NCBI GenBank assembly: GCA_943350065.1
Contig: CALQZZ010000001.1
Span: forward strand, 1 to 35,205
DNA from: Candidatus Nomurabacteria bacterium
Lineage (GTDB): Bacteria > Patescibacteriota > Minisyncoccia > Phycocordibacterales > UBA9973
Length of the DNA stretch: 35,205 nucleotides
Direction: 5' to 3'
The first letter of the stretch is position 1. Every line of letters starts with the position of its first letter. A program made the position numbers and the translations under genes. The notes below the pieces were generated by a model. That model had not been told where the DNA came from and made no database searches. It saw only the letters and a list, made by a program, of their open reading frames with translations. Below, piece by piece: positions 16,063-25,366 of this stretch.

Positions 16063-17144
16063 TATTTTGCCCAAGACCTATCCCAACCTGGATTCCAACC
16101 TCCACGTACTTCAAAGTGTAAATGATTACCGAAAGAGTGGCCCGTATTACCGACATAACCGATGACTTGTCCTTGGTAAACATTATCCCCAATAGAGACA
16201 TTTAATTTTGATTGGTGAGCATAATATGTCTGCATTCCATTTGGATGTTGAATAATGACCAAGTTTCCAAATCCACCATTTTTACCATTTCGAGCAAAGA
16301 TTACTCTTCCAGCTGCGGCTGCATGTATAGGTGTACCAGCCACGTGACAACTAAGGTCCACAGCAGTACCATCATGTCTACCTTGAGTAGTATCACATCC
16401 AGGAAGAGGGTTCACGAAGTATCCTTCACTAGACCTCATTTGAGATTTATTTTTATTTGAAGGCAAACGTCCTCCTTGTTTTACTTTTTTACTAGTAGAA
16501 ATACTACCCTTAACCTCAGCTCCAGGAATCACAAGCTCATCACCTACAGTAATACCATTCTCTCCAATATCGTTAAAAGAGGTAATATCTTCTACTTCTA
16601 CACCATAAAGCTTTGCAATACCTTTCAAGGTTTGACCTTTTGTGACCACATGCACAACTCCAGAAACTGGGGGAATAAGCCAAACATCACCTTCAACCGG
16701 TGTTGCTCCTTTTTTAAGATCATTGGCCCAGACGATAGTATTAGCAGAAATATCAAACATTTTAGCAATATCAGCCACGGTATCTCCTTTTCGAACGACA
16801 TAGACACTGATTTGATCAGCAGAAAGATCAGCTTCATCAGAACTTGTTCCCATAGCACTAGTAGCAGGAAGAAGGGCATTATCTGAGAGAATGTTTACAT
16901 CGGTATCTGCTTTTATAGAGTTTTTATCTTTTGAATCGACGACAGAGATAGCAGAGATATTTGCTTCTAAGGCTGTGTTTTGAGCATTATTACCATTTAA
17001 AATAGAATTATCAGCAGAAACTGGAGACCCCAATACTATATCTGAAAGGAAACTAGCCTTTACGTCAATAGGCGCCAAAACAACCCCAAACACTAAGAAA
17101 AGGGCTAAAATAGGAGAAATAATTTTAAATTGAGTATTATTCAT
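16062..17144 (-). CDS. LysM-domain M23 family peptidase (peptidoglycan hydrolase)
   Basis: Signal peptide, two LysM domains (YVVRKGDT, HVVTKGQT) and M23 motifs (HDGTAVDL, YYAHQ, HLHFEV). ATG 17144 is the likely start. Confidence 0.93.
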   Translation of the reverse strand: MNNTQFKIISPILALFLVFGVVLAPIDVKASFLSDIVLGSPVSADNSILNGNNAQNTALEANISAISVVDSKDKNSIKADTDVNILSDNALLPATSAMGTSSDEADLSADQISVYVVRKGDTVADIAKMFDISANTIVWANDLKKGATPVEGDVWLIPPVSGVVHVVTKGQTLKGIAKLYGVEVEDITSFNDIGENGITVGDELVIPGAEVKGSISTSKKVKQGGRLPSNKNKSQMRSSEGYFVNPLPGCDTTQGRHDGTAVDLSCHVAGTPIHAAAAGRVIFARNGKNGGFGNLVIIQHPNGMQTYYAHQSKLNVSIGDNVYQGQVIGYVGNTGHSFGNHLHFEVRGGWNPGWDRSWAK

Positions 17145-17206
17145 AAGATATAAAGGCTTTTCTAGCATTCGGTCATGTCTTTCGTGCATCTAATCTGTAC
17201 TTATTA

Positions 17207-17285
17207 AGGATAGCTCTTTAGGTGCCTAGAGTCAATGGGGCTGTGCAAAACTATCCTTGACAAATCAAGATAAAAGGTATATAAT
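17207..17285. promoter_or_regulatory. Divergent sigma70 promoters
   Basis: Plus strand: perfect TTGACA-N17-TATAAT (17257-17285). Minus strand: TTGACT-N17-TATCCT (17235-17207). Confidence 0.75.
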
Positions 17286-17352
17286 ATAAAGATATCAGAG
17301 CTCAAAAAATTAGGTATTATTAGTGATAAGTTTTATAATATATTCATATAAA

Positions 17353-18006
17353 ATGCCAAAAGAAAAAATTACAACATCTAATACAGTAGACGCTACCGAA
17401 GTCCAAATAGACCCACTTGAATTACTCAAAGACAAATGGGGTGCTAATAATTCAAATTCCAACAAAAATAAACAAAACAGTCAAAAACTAGCAAAAGTTG
17501 ACAACAGTCTGCCTAAAAAATTAAAATCTAAGATAGAGGAACAGGAAAATCTGAAAACAAAAAGAGATGAGATAGAAACAAGATTTAGCAAATTAAACTA
17601 TCCAAAAAATTTAGCCAGAACACTTTCAATTCAAAAGAAAGAGGCTTTGCTGTTAAAAGTAGAAGAAAACAAAAAAAATCAACAAACAAAAAAAGAAGGT
17701 GCGGAAAAATCAAAAGCTCAAATGAAAGCTTTTGAAGAAAATAAAAAGGCTGGTAAAGTAAGTTCTACTGAAGAAAAAGTAGAAAAATTATCTCGTATAT
17801 TATTCCCAAGACAAGAATTAATAAAACAATTACCAGATGAAGACATTGAAGAATGGAGAAAATACTACCAAGAACAACTGAAAGATGAAAGTTTAAGTGA
17901 CGAGATGAAGGAAAGATATTTAAAAAAACTAAAAACAATCAGAGAGTACAAAGAATTTATCGACGAAGTAGAAGTTGCTAAAAAAATTATTATCAAAAAA
18001 GAATGA
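17353..18006 (+). CDS. Lys/Glu-rich coiled-coil hypothetical protein, possibly extending to 18126
   Basis: ATG 17353 (MPKEK...). It ends in TGA, but the frame stays open for 39 more codons of similar composition. Confidence 0.75.
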   Translation: MPKEKITTSNTVDATEVQIDPLELLKDKWGANNSNSNKNKQNSQKLAKVDNSLPKKLKSKIEEQENLKTKRDEIETRFSKLNYPKNLARTLSIQKKEALLLKVEENKKNQQTKKEGAEKSKAQMKAFEENKKAGKVSSTEEKVEKLSRILFPRQELIKQLPDEDIEEWRKYYQEQLKDESLSDEMKERYLKKLKTIREYKEFIDEVEVAKKIIIKKE

Positions 18007-18127
18007 GAGGAGGACAAAGAGGAAATATTAGAAATGCTACTTAAAAAAGTCGAGGCTAAAAAAAGAGAGGAGAGGGAGAAAAAAAGAGAAGCTGGTTTAT
18101 TAAAAGATTTAAAACCTAAAAAATAAT

Positions 18128-21100
18128 ATGTCAGAACAACCACCAAAAGTTCGCACAATAGAAGAAATAAATACAGAAATAAAAAATCTGCGTTTAAATC
18201 CTAAAAAACTAAAAATGGATGTTTTGGACCTACAATTACTCGCCTTAGAGAGAGAACTCAAACAAGCTAAGAACTTGGAGCAGAGTAAAGCTAAAAAAGA
18301 AAAAGAATACAAATCTGTAACCAAAAATTACACAATACAAAATTCTAAAGAAAAAGAAACTGAAATTTTACCAGGTCTGATGATCGATGGGGTAGTAATA
18401 GGACCAAACGATAAAATATTAGGCCCAAAAACTTTTAAACAAGGTAATACTTATTTTTCAATACCAGAATCAAAAATAATTTCAAAAAAGAAAAACAAAA
18501 AAGAAAAGAAACAAGTAAATAAAATTGTCATCGAAAAAGAATTGGAAAATCTGACAAAAGGACGAAGTGTTTGGTCTAACGACAGGACAAATGGTGGAAA
18601 ATATATTATAAATGAAACTCCAGAAACAAGTAAAGATAAAAAATATGTCTTTAAAAAAGAAAATGGTAGTGTCTTTAGAATTTCTAGTGATGAATTAAAA
18701 AAATTAGTAAAAAACGAATCAATTCAATTGACTTTAACCGAAGAAGAATATAAATCAAAATCTCCAGCTACAAAAATAGCAACAGTTCCAGCGATTCCAG
18801 CGACACCCAAAGTCGCTACTGCTCCGACTATTGCAACCACTCCAGCCACCCCTGCGACAAAAATAAATAAAATTAAAACTCCAGAAGATGCAAAGAAAGA
18901 ATATCGTGATTTTATAAACAAAGCAGTAAAAGTCATCAAGCAAAGAGGAATAGATAGAATAGTCATTCATGGAGACGAATTTAAATTACAACCCCACCCA
19001 AAAGCAAAAGATATGGGTCAAGAGGAATTAAAAGAATATAGAGAACAAAAAGAAAAAGAATGGCTTGATTCACAATACGAAACCAATGACTTCGACCTAG
19101 ACCTCGAAGGTTCTATGTTGTTTCTCAATAATATGGCTAGTGGAAACAAAAAGATTTTAAACGATAAATTATTTTTAGAAAAAATTTCTAAAGGATCAGA
19201 AGGTTTAAAATATCCACTCCGTAATAAAGAAGTAATACTATATATAGACGTCGGAGGTAAAAATCCTGGAGTAGAGACAGAAGGAGGAGTGACAAAAATT
19301 TATGCTGATCATCATGGTACAGAAGGTGGCTACACCACTTCAGCTACACAAATAGTGCGAGATATAATGACAGCCGGAAAGTTTTCTCTCGGAGACTCTA
19401 AGACAAAAGAATATTTAAATAAAACAGCCAGCTTTATAGCAAAGTTTGATAATTTGGCATATCTTGATGATAAAAAAGATTCGAGAGATCCAAAGAGTGA
19501 GAGACTAGTGGATGAAAAATATTTACGAAATACTTTCCCACGAAGTCTATATTCACTTGCAAAGTTTTTACCATTTGAAACTGTTTTAGAAATTCTCGGC
19601 AAGAATGAGAAATATTTTAAAGACGGAAAACCTCGCGACTGGGCAAATACTTTTACACGCGAAGAAATAGAAAATGGAGAAATTGGAAAAATGGAAGTAG
19701 ATTACCGAGGTAAAAAAATTACTGTCAAAGAATTAGTTGAAAGAAATATTAAAGATTTAAATTATGCAATAAACAACACAAACATAGCACTAAAGTATCA
19801 AGGAAATAATACAGACTCTGTTCTCGGCAAGACCGTATTTCATGCTTTTACAAAAGATACAGATGGTAAATCTAATACTATTCCAAATCACCTGGCTTAT
19901 ATCACTGCTCGTGCATTGGGTAATGATGCTTTTGTTTCTTACAATCCAGAAAGTGGAGCGATATTTATAAACTCAGATGGAAAAGTAGATTTAATGCCTA
20001 TTTGGGAAAAATTGAATGCAATAATTCCTGGCTATCCAAAACCAATTCGTAACCAAATGATGTTTGCTCCAAAAGACCCTGAAATGAAGAAAAAAATGAA
20101 AGATATTTCACAAGAAAAAATTCTTGAGATTTTAGGAATGAAGGAAAATAACACAACAAAAGAAAATCTAGAAAAAAGAAGCTTAGATGAAATAGTCAAA
20201 ACATATCTTTCATACATAGAGACAGCAAAAACCCCTGCTGATTTTAAAAGAATTCACGAAGCAACATACAATAAGGACGGAAGCATGAAAGCAGAAAATA
20301 TAAAATATGGTGAAACTTTAAAAGAAATTTTAAACACAAAAGAAAGTAAAGAATCTCTTGAAAAAGCAAAAGGCTTAATTAGAGAAAACTTTACAAAAGC
20401 AATGATAGCACTTAATTATACTCCTACAATATATGGATTAAATGATACTTGGATATATTGGGATATAGCAAAACAGAAATATTTAACTACTCATAAAAAT
20501 GAATCAAGTAAAAACTACAAACTTGGTGATCCGTTGCAGTTTGAATCTAAAAATATAGATGCTCAAAGAGTCGCACAAGAAATAGCTGATAGACATATCG
20601 GTTGGGAAATTTTTGGTCTTGTTAAGAATATGGCAGTATTACAAAATATTTCTGTAGAAGAAGTTATAAATAGACCAAATACGTTAGTTGATAAAAATGG
20701 ACCTTTCTTTAAAGAAATCTTGGATATTCTAAAAGAATCAATTCCTGCAGACAAAAATCAAAGCTCTTTATTGCCTTCATGGAAATTAGCTAAACTAGGA
20801 GAATACTTAAGAAAAAATAAAGGAGTTGATGGAATATTTGAAAAAGACATAACTGCTGACATAAAAAAAGACATCAATGCAAAAATTGATGACAAGGATA
20901 AAAAGAAGGATGACAAAAAAGAACAACCTAAAGGACCGACGGCTGAACAAATAGCTCAAAGAGAAAGGGAAATGGCCGTAAGACTACAAGCTGTGGCTAC
21001 TGCTCGTGAGACTTTATTCCAAATTAAAAACGAACCGGAAAGTGCATGGAGTAAATTCAAAGGTTGGTTTAATGCTAAGAGTACAGAAAAGCAAACAAAA

Positions 21101-22897
21101 ATAACTAATCAAGAAAAAATTTATCATGATGCCAAAAAAGCATATATAGAAATGCTACCAAAGGGAACACCTGAGGCTAATCTTTTTATTCTTTCTGAAG
21201 TAGAAATTGTCAGAAACCATAAAACAGAAAATCTTCCACTTTCTGAAAAAATTAAAAATGGAATTTCAAAAGGAGTAAAATATTGGGAAGAAATCGGTAC
21301 TAATCCAGAAGACAGTAAGACAAAACAATGGGCTAAAAAAATAGGAAAGAGTTTGATTGCTGTCGCAATTATTGGTGGAGCTTCAGCTGCGGCAGTCAGT
21401 AGTCTGGCTGCGATCGGAGTAGGTACTGCCAGTGCACTTTCTGCTGGAGCAGGTTCATATCTCGGTAGAAAAATGCTAATGACTGTCGGAATGAGTTCTG
21501 TAATGACCATCATGCCACCTGGAGTAAAATCATTCTTATCAATGGCCTTACCAATGATGAGTGTCGCAGGTGGAGCAGGATATCTAGCATCAAAAGGAGC
21601 ACAGTTTGCAATGAACAAATGGTTTGGTTTTAGTGAAGAATCTATAAAATCAAAACTAGATACAGAAATTAATAAGTTAAAAAATCCCGACCTAAATAGT
21701 AATGAATCTTTGGACGACAAAATAAAAAGAATTGAAAAAGAATATGCAACGATAGAAAAATCTGCAAAACAAAAAAGATTTGGTAGAAGATTGATGAGTG
21801 GAGTTGCAGCTCTAGGTACCGGTATTGCTGTTTTGGAATATGGAGGATATAAAATGGACGAACATAATGCCGAACTAGCTCACGCACAACAAATAAAAAA
21901 TGAAGAGCTACAACATTTCAATCCTAATACAAAAGAAGTCGATCCTGCTTTTGCTGGTAGAGAATATCCACAAGGAGAACATGGAATAAATACCAAAGTA
22001 GAATTCAGTTCTCGTGGTGCGATAGCGACACTAGATGATTTGAAAGGAGGGCTGACAAAACAATATCATGGAGATTTTTCTCATGCACCACAAAGTGTGC
22101 AAGATTTTATGCACACCAGCTCTACAGAAGAAGCAATGAAACTCGGAATGTTTCATCCTAATGATCCTACTGGAAATGAAAGCATGATGATTATGCGAGG
22201 CTCTACTATTAGCTTTGATGAGCATGGAAATTTGTCATATCACGACATTCAAAAAAATATTGATCATACATTGATAGAAGGAGATAAAAATGCGATAGAA
22301 CAATATAAAGGAAATATGTTTGATTCAGATCAAAACTCTGAAACTGAAAATCAAACAGAAAATGCCAATTCACCAGAAGAACAAAATTTTCAAAATGAAA
22401 CAGTAGGTGAAAACAATCAAGAAAATAATAATGAAGTCACGACAGACAATCCAAATATGACTTATGACGAAGAAGCAGAAAAAGAAACTCCTATTAATCC
22501 TGAACATTCTGACAACACAAACAATGAAACACAATCAGAAGAAATAACACAAACAGAAGACACTGCACATTTTGGACTCACCGAAGATCAATTAAAAGAT
22601 GTACAGTTAGTCCATAATGAAAATGTTGATAAGTTATTTGACAATGCGAACAATTGGAATGCTGTAAAAGATCAACCAGCAGAAGTTTATGCACACGAAC
22701 AACTTGATGGTGTAAACCCTGAGTACCAAGACTTTGTAAAACATTTACATGAATTATTAGAAAAAAGTGGAATAGAACCTAGACCCGGAACGCTTATTAA
22801 TTCAGCAGAAACAAATGATCAATATATAGAAAGAGCTTTAGAAAAATTAGCCTCCGAAGATAGATTAGAAGAAGTGACATTAACACAACATTATTAA
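18128..22897 (+). CDS. Large hypothetical protein (1589 aa) with a DHH-like domain and a Gly/Ala-rich hydrophobic region
   Basis: Uninterrupted 4.8-kb ORF with IVIHGD, DFDLD, YIDVG, ADHH and TSATQ motifs, hydrophobic helices at about aa 1075-1160 and 1225-1240, and an acidic tail. Confidence 0.9.
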   Translation: MSEQPPKVRTIEEINTEIKNLRLNPKKLKMDVLDLQLLALERELKQAKNLEQSKAKKEKEYKSVTKNYTIQNSKEKETEILPGLMIDGVVIGPNDKILGPKTFKQGNTYFSIPESKIISKKKNKKEKKQVNKIVIEKELENLTKGRSVWSNDRTNGGKYIINETPETSKDKKYVFKKENGSVFRISSDELKKLVKNESIQLTLTEEEYKSKSPATKIATVPAIPATPKVATAPTIATTPATPATKINKIKTPEDAKKEYRDFINKAVKVIKQRGIDRIVIHGDEFKLQPHPKAKDMGQEELKEYREQKEKEWLDSQYETNDFDLDLEGSMLFLNNMASGNKKILNDKLFLEKISKGSEGLKYPLRNKEVILYIDVGGKNPGVETEGGVTKIYADHHGTEGGYTTSATQIVRDIMTAGKFSLGDSKTKEYLNKTASFIAKFDNLAYLDDKKDSRDPKSERLVDEKYLRNTFPRSLYSLAKFLPFETVLEILGKNEKYFKDGKPRDWANTFTREEIENGEIGKMEVDYRGKKITVKELVERNIKDLNYAINNTNIALKYQGNNTDSVLGKTVFHAFTKDTDGKSNTIPNHLAYITARALGNDAFVSYNPESGAIFINSDGKVDLMPIWEKLNAIIPGYPKPIRNQMMFAPKDPEMKKKMKDISQEKILEILGMKENNTTKENLEKRSLDEIVKTYLSYIETAKTPADFKRIHEATYNKDGSMKAENIKYGETLKEILNTKESKESLEKAKGLIRENFTKAMIALNYTPTIYGLNDTWIYWDIAKQKYLTTHKNESSKNYKLGDPLQFESKNIDAQRVAQEIADRHIGWEIFGLVKNMAVLQNISVEEVINRPNTLVDKNGPFFKEILDILKESIPADKNQSSLLPSWKLAKLGEYLRKNKGVDGIFEKDITADIKKDINAKIDDKDKKKDDKKEQPKGPTAEQIAQREREMAVRLQAVATARETLFQIKNEPESAWSKFKGWFNAKSTEKQTKITNQEKIYHDAKKAYIEMLPKGTPEANLFILSEVEIVRNHKTENLPLSEKIKNGISKGVKYWEEIGTNPEDSKTKQWAKKIGKSLIAVAIIGGASAAAVSSLAAIGVGTASALSAGAGSYLGRKMLMTVGMSSVMTIMPPGVKSFLSMALPMMSVAGGAGYLASKGAQFAMNKWFGFSEESIKSKLDTEINKLKNPDLNSNESLDDKIKRIEKEYATIEKSAKQKRFGRRLMSGVAALGTGIAVLEYGGYKMDEHNAELAHAQQIKNEELQHFNPNTKEVDPAFAGREYPQGEHGINTKVEFSSRGAIATLDDLKGGLTKQYHGDFSHAPQSVQDFMHTSSTEEAMKLGMFHPNDPTGNESMMIMRGSTISFDEHGNLSYHDIQKNIDHTLIEGDKNAIEQYKGNMFDSDQNSETENQTENANSPEEQNFQNETVGENNQENNNEVTTDNPNMTYDEEAEKETPINPEHSDNTNNETQSEEITQTEDTAHFGLTEDQLKDVQLVHNENVDKLFDNANNWNAVKDQPAEVYAHEQLDGVNPEYQDFVKHLHELLEKSGIEPRPGTLINSAETNDQYIERALEKLASEDRLEEVTLTQHY

Positions 22898-22916
22898 TTA
22901 ATAAAATAAAAATAAA

Positions 22917-23222
22917 ATGGCAACAATAAAACAAACCTTAATCGAATTATTTGAACTAGATAAAATGTCTCCTGAGAAGGCGACAGAGACAGCCGAGAGA
23001 TTGGCAAAATTAGTCATGCAAGCAGTTTTGACTCGTGTCTTACCAATGCTTTCAGAAGAAAATTTACAAAAATATGAAGACATTATAGATACAAACCAAA
23101 GCCCTGAAATTTTATTTGATTTTCTAAATTCCAAAGTAGTAAATTTTCAAGAAATTTTAACTGAAGAGACAGAAAGTCTGCACCGAGAGCTCTCTGGAGA
23201 AATGGAATCTTTGATTAGTTAA
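22917..23222 (+). CDS. Small acidic helical protein, DUF5663-like
   Basis: 101 aa with the pattern LIELFELDKM.....RVLPMLSEE....FL..KV.NF.EIL.EE, recalled as a CPR family and not verified. Confidence 0.7.
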   Translation: MATIKQTLIELFELDKMSPEKATETAERLAKLVMQAVLTRVLPMLSEENLQKYEDIIDTNQSPEILFDFLNSKVVNFQEILTEETESLHRELSGEMESLIS

Positions 23223-23297
23223 TAAATAAAAACCATTTATAAAAAACATTTTGAAGTAAAATTCAGAATGTTTTTTATTTTGTGCTATATTAAAATG

Positions 23298-25322
23298 ATG
23301 GAACATTTGAAAGGACTCAATGATGCTCAAAAAGAAGCGGCTCTGCACACTAGTGGGCCGTTGTTAATCGTCGCTGGTGCTGGAGCAGGGAAGACTAAGA
23401 CTATCACTCATAGGATTGTTAATCTAATAAAACAAGGTGTTTCACCAGAAAAAATCTTAGCGGTAACATTCACAAACAAATCTGCCAAAGAAATGCGTGA
23501 ACGTATCATAAATGAAATAGAAAAAAATGCAAAAGGACAAAATACCGTGCCTTTTGTGAGCACTTTTCATTCACTTGGAGTTCATATCATCAAAGAAAAT
23601 TCTAGGTTAATCGGTGTCACTAGACATTTCACTATTCTCGACGAGAGTGATTCACTTTCGATAATCAAAGAATCTCTGAAAGAAAACGATTTAGACCCAA
23701 AACAATATGAGCCAAAGAAAATAAAAGGTATGATCAGTCGAGAAAAAGGAAAGTTTACCAAGATGGAAGACTATTTTGAAAGTGCGACTGACTATTTACC
23801 TCGAGTCGTCGCTCGTGTCTGGAAAAGCTATGAGACAAAAAAAGCCAAAGAAAATGCCCTAGACTTTGATGACTTACTTTTAAAGGCCACAACCTTATTG
23901 AAAGAAAATTTAGAAGTACGAAAAATGTATCAAGACCGTTGGAGTCACATACATATCGATGAGTACCAGGACACCAATGAAGCTCAATATATAATGAGTA
24001 AGTTACTTTCTGAAAAGCATAAAAATATTTGTGTCGTCGGAGATGCTGACCAAAATATTTATTCTTGGCGTGGAGCAAATTTAAAAAACATCTTATCTTT
24101 TGAAAAAGATTATCCAGATGCAAAAATTGTATTACTGGAAGAAAATTATCGTTCTACAAAAAATATTTTGGAGGCTGCGAATACTATTATCAAAAAAAAT
24201 AAATATCGTCCTGATAAAAATTTATTCACCTCAAATGAAATTGGTGAAAAAATTTCATTACATGAAGCCCTAGAAGAAACAGAGGAGGCGGATTTCATTG
24301 CAACAAAAATTTTAGAGATTGTAGATAGTTCCGATAGTAATAAAATTTTTGATCCTGCGCCCTTCTTTGGGCGCAATTCTGGGGACAAAGTGGGACCCTC
24401 GGATACAAAAATTTCATCACTATCTCCACATTTTTCTGACGTAGCAATTCTTTACCGTGCAAATTTTCAATCTCGCGTACTAGAAGAAGCAATGCTTCGT
24501 TATAATATTCCATATCAAGTTCTAGGAATAAAATTTTTTGAAAGAAAAGAAATTAAAGACACTCTTTCATATTTACGAGCAGCACTGAATCCAGAAAGTT
24601 TATCTGACATAAAAAGAATTATAAACTTCCCTGCACGTGGAATAGGGAAGGTAACTCTCACAAAAATATTTGCAAAGGATACAACAGAGCTACCAATAAA
24701 AATGCAAATAAAAATAAAAAACTTTTATGAATTATTGGAAGAAATAAAAGAAAATATTTCACACAATACAGCTTCAGAAGTTATAAAATTTGTAATTAAA
24801 AAAACAGGCATAGAAGAAGAATTAAAAAATGGCGGTGAAGAAGAAATGGAAAGATTGGCAAACATCAAAGAACTAGCGACACTCGCACTAAAATACGACA
24901 ATTTGGAAAATGGTCTTGGTGTCGAAAAACTTATCGAGGATGCATCCCTCGCTTCCGACCAAGATTCAATAATGATTACAGATGAAAAACCTGAAAAAAT
25001 AAATGGTATTAAGATGATGACTGTTCATGCTTCAAAAGGACTAGAGTTTAAATATGTTTTTGTCACAGGATTAGAAGAAGGACTTTTTCCAAACCAAAGA
25101 GCCGGTGAGAGTAAATCAGCAGAAGATAGTGAAGAAGAACGTAGACTTTTCTATGTAGCCATCACTCGTGCTCGTGAAAAATTATTTTTATCATTTGCAA
25201 ACTTCCGAACAATCTTTGGTTCAAGGCAAATAAATTCACCGTCGCAATTCATTTCTGATATTCCTAGAGATATAATAGAAAGGAGTGATGAGAATCCAAA
25301 TGTAAAAACAATTTATATATAA
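23298..25322 (+). CDS. pcrA: ATP-dependent DNA helicase PcrA/UvrD
   Basis: AGAGAGKT, AVTFTNK, IDEYQDTN, VGDADQNIYSWRGA, NYRST, TVHASKGLEF and EERRLFYVAITRA. The start is placed at ATG 23298, 6 nt after TGcTATATT. Confidence 0.96.
   Translation: MEHLKGLNDAQKEAALHTSGPLLIVAGAGAGKTKTITHRIVNLIKQGVSPEKILAVTFTNKSAKEMRERIINEIEKNAKGQNTVPFVSTFHSLGVHIIKENSRLIGVTRHFTILDESDSLSIIKESLKENDLDPKQYEPKKIKGMISREKGKFTKMEDYFESATDYLPRVVARVWKSYETKKAKENALDFDDLLLKATTLLKENLEVRKMYQDRWSHIHIDEYQDTNEAQYIMSKLLSEKHKNICVVGDADQNIYSWRGANLKNILSFEKDYPDAKIVLLEENYRSTKNILEAANTIIKKNKYRPDKNLFTSNEIGEKISLHEALEETEEADFIATKILEIVDSSDSNKIFDPAPFFGRNSGDKVGPSDTKISSLSPHFSDVAILYRANFQSRVLEEAMLRYNIPYQVLGIKFFERKEIKDTLSYLRAALNPESLSDIKRIINFPARGIGKVTLTKIFAKDTTELPIKMQIKIKNFYELLEEIKENISHNTASEVIKFVIKKTGIEEELKNGGEEEMERLANIKELATLALKYDNLENGLGVEKLIEDASLASDQDSIMITDEKPEKINGIKMMTVHASKGLEFKYVFVTGLEEGLFPNQRAGESKSAEDSEEERRLFYVAITRAREKLFLSFANFRTIFGSRQINSPSQFISDIPRDIIERSDENPNVKTIYI
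24333..24424. repeat. Branched palindromic insertion in frame within pcrA
   Basis: GATAGT..AAATTTTTG-ATCC / GGAT-A-CAAAAATTT..ACTATC enclosing TGCGCCC/GGGCGCA and a second small hairpin. Confidence 0.75.
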
Positions 25323-25359
25323 CACTCACCACTCTCTGCTATCGCTAGGAGTGGTGAGT
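25323..25359. terminator. Intergenic hairpin between pcrA and rsmA
   Basis: ACTCACCACTC...GAGTGGTGAGT. There is no strong T tail on the + strand, so its role is uncertain. Confidence 0.45.
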
Positions 25360-25366
25360 AAAATTT

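Noticed and set aside
17145..17206. c-di-AMP or other riboswitch upstream of the M23 peptidase
   Set aside because: The leader is only about 55 nt and lacks recognisable aptamer consensus.
18760..18865. Tandem DNA repeat in the giant gene
   Set aside because: It is a degenerate Pro/Ala/Thr low-complexity linker at protein level with no exact nucleotide periodicity.
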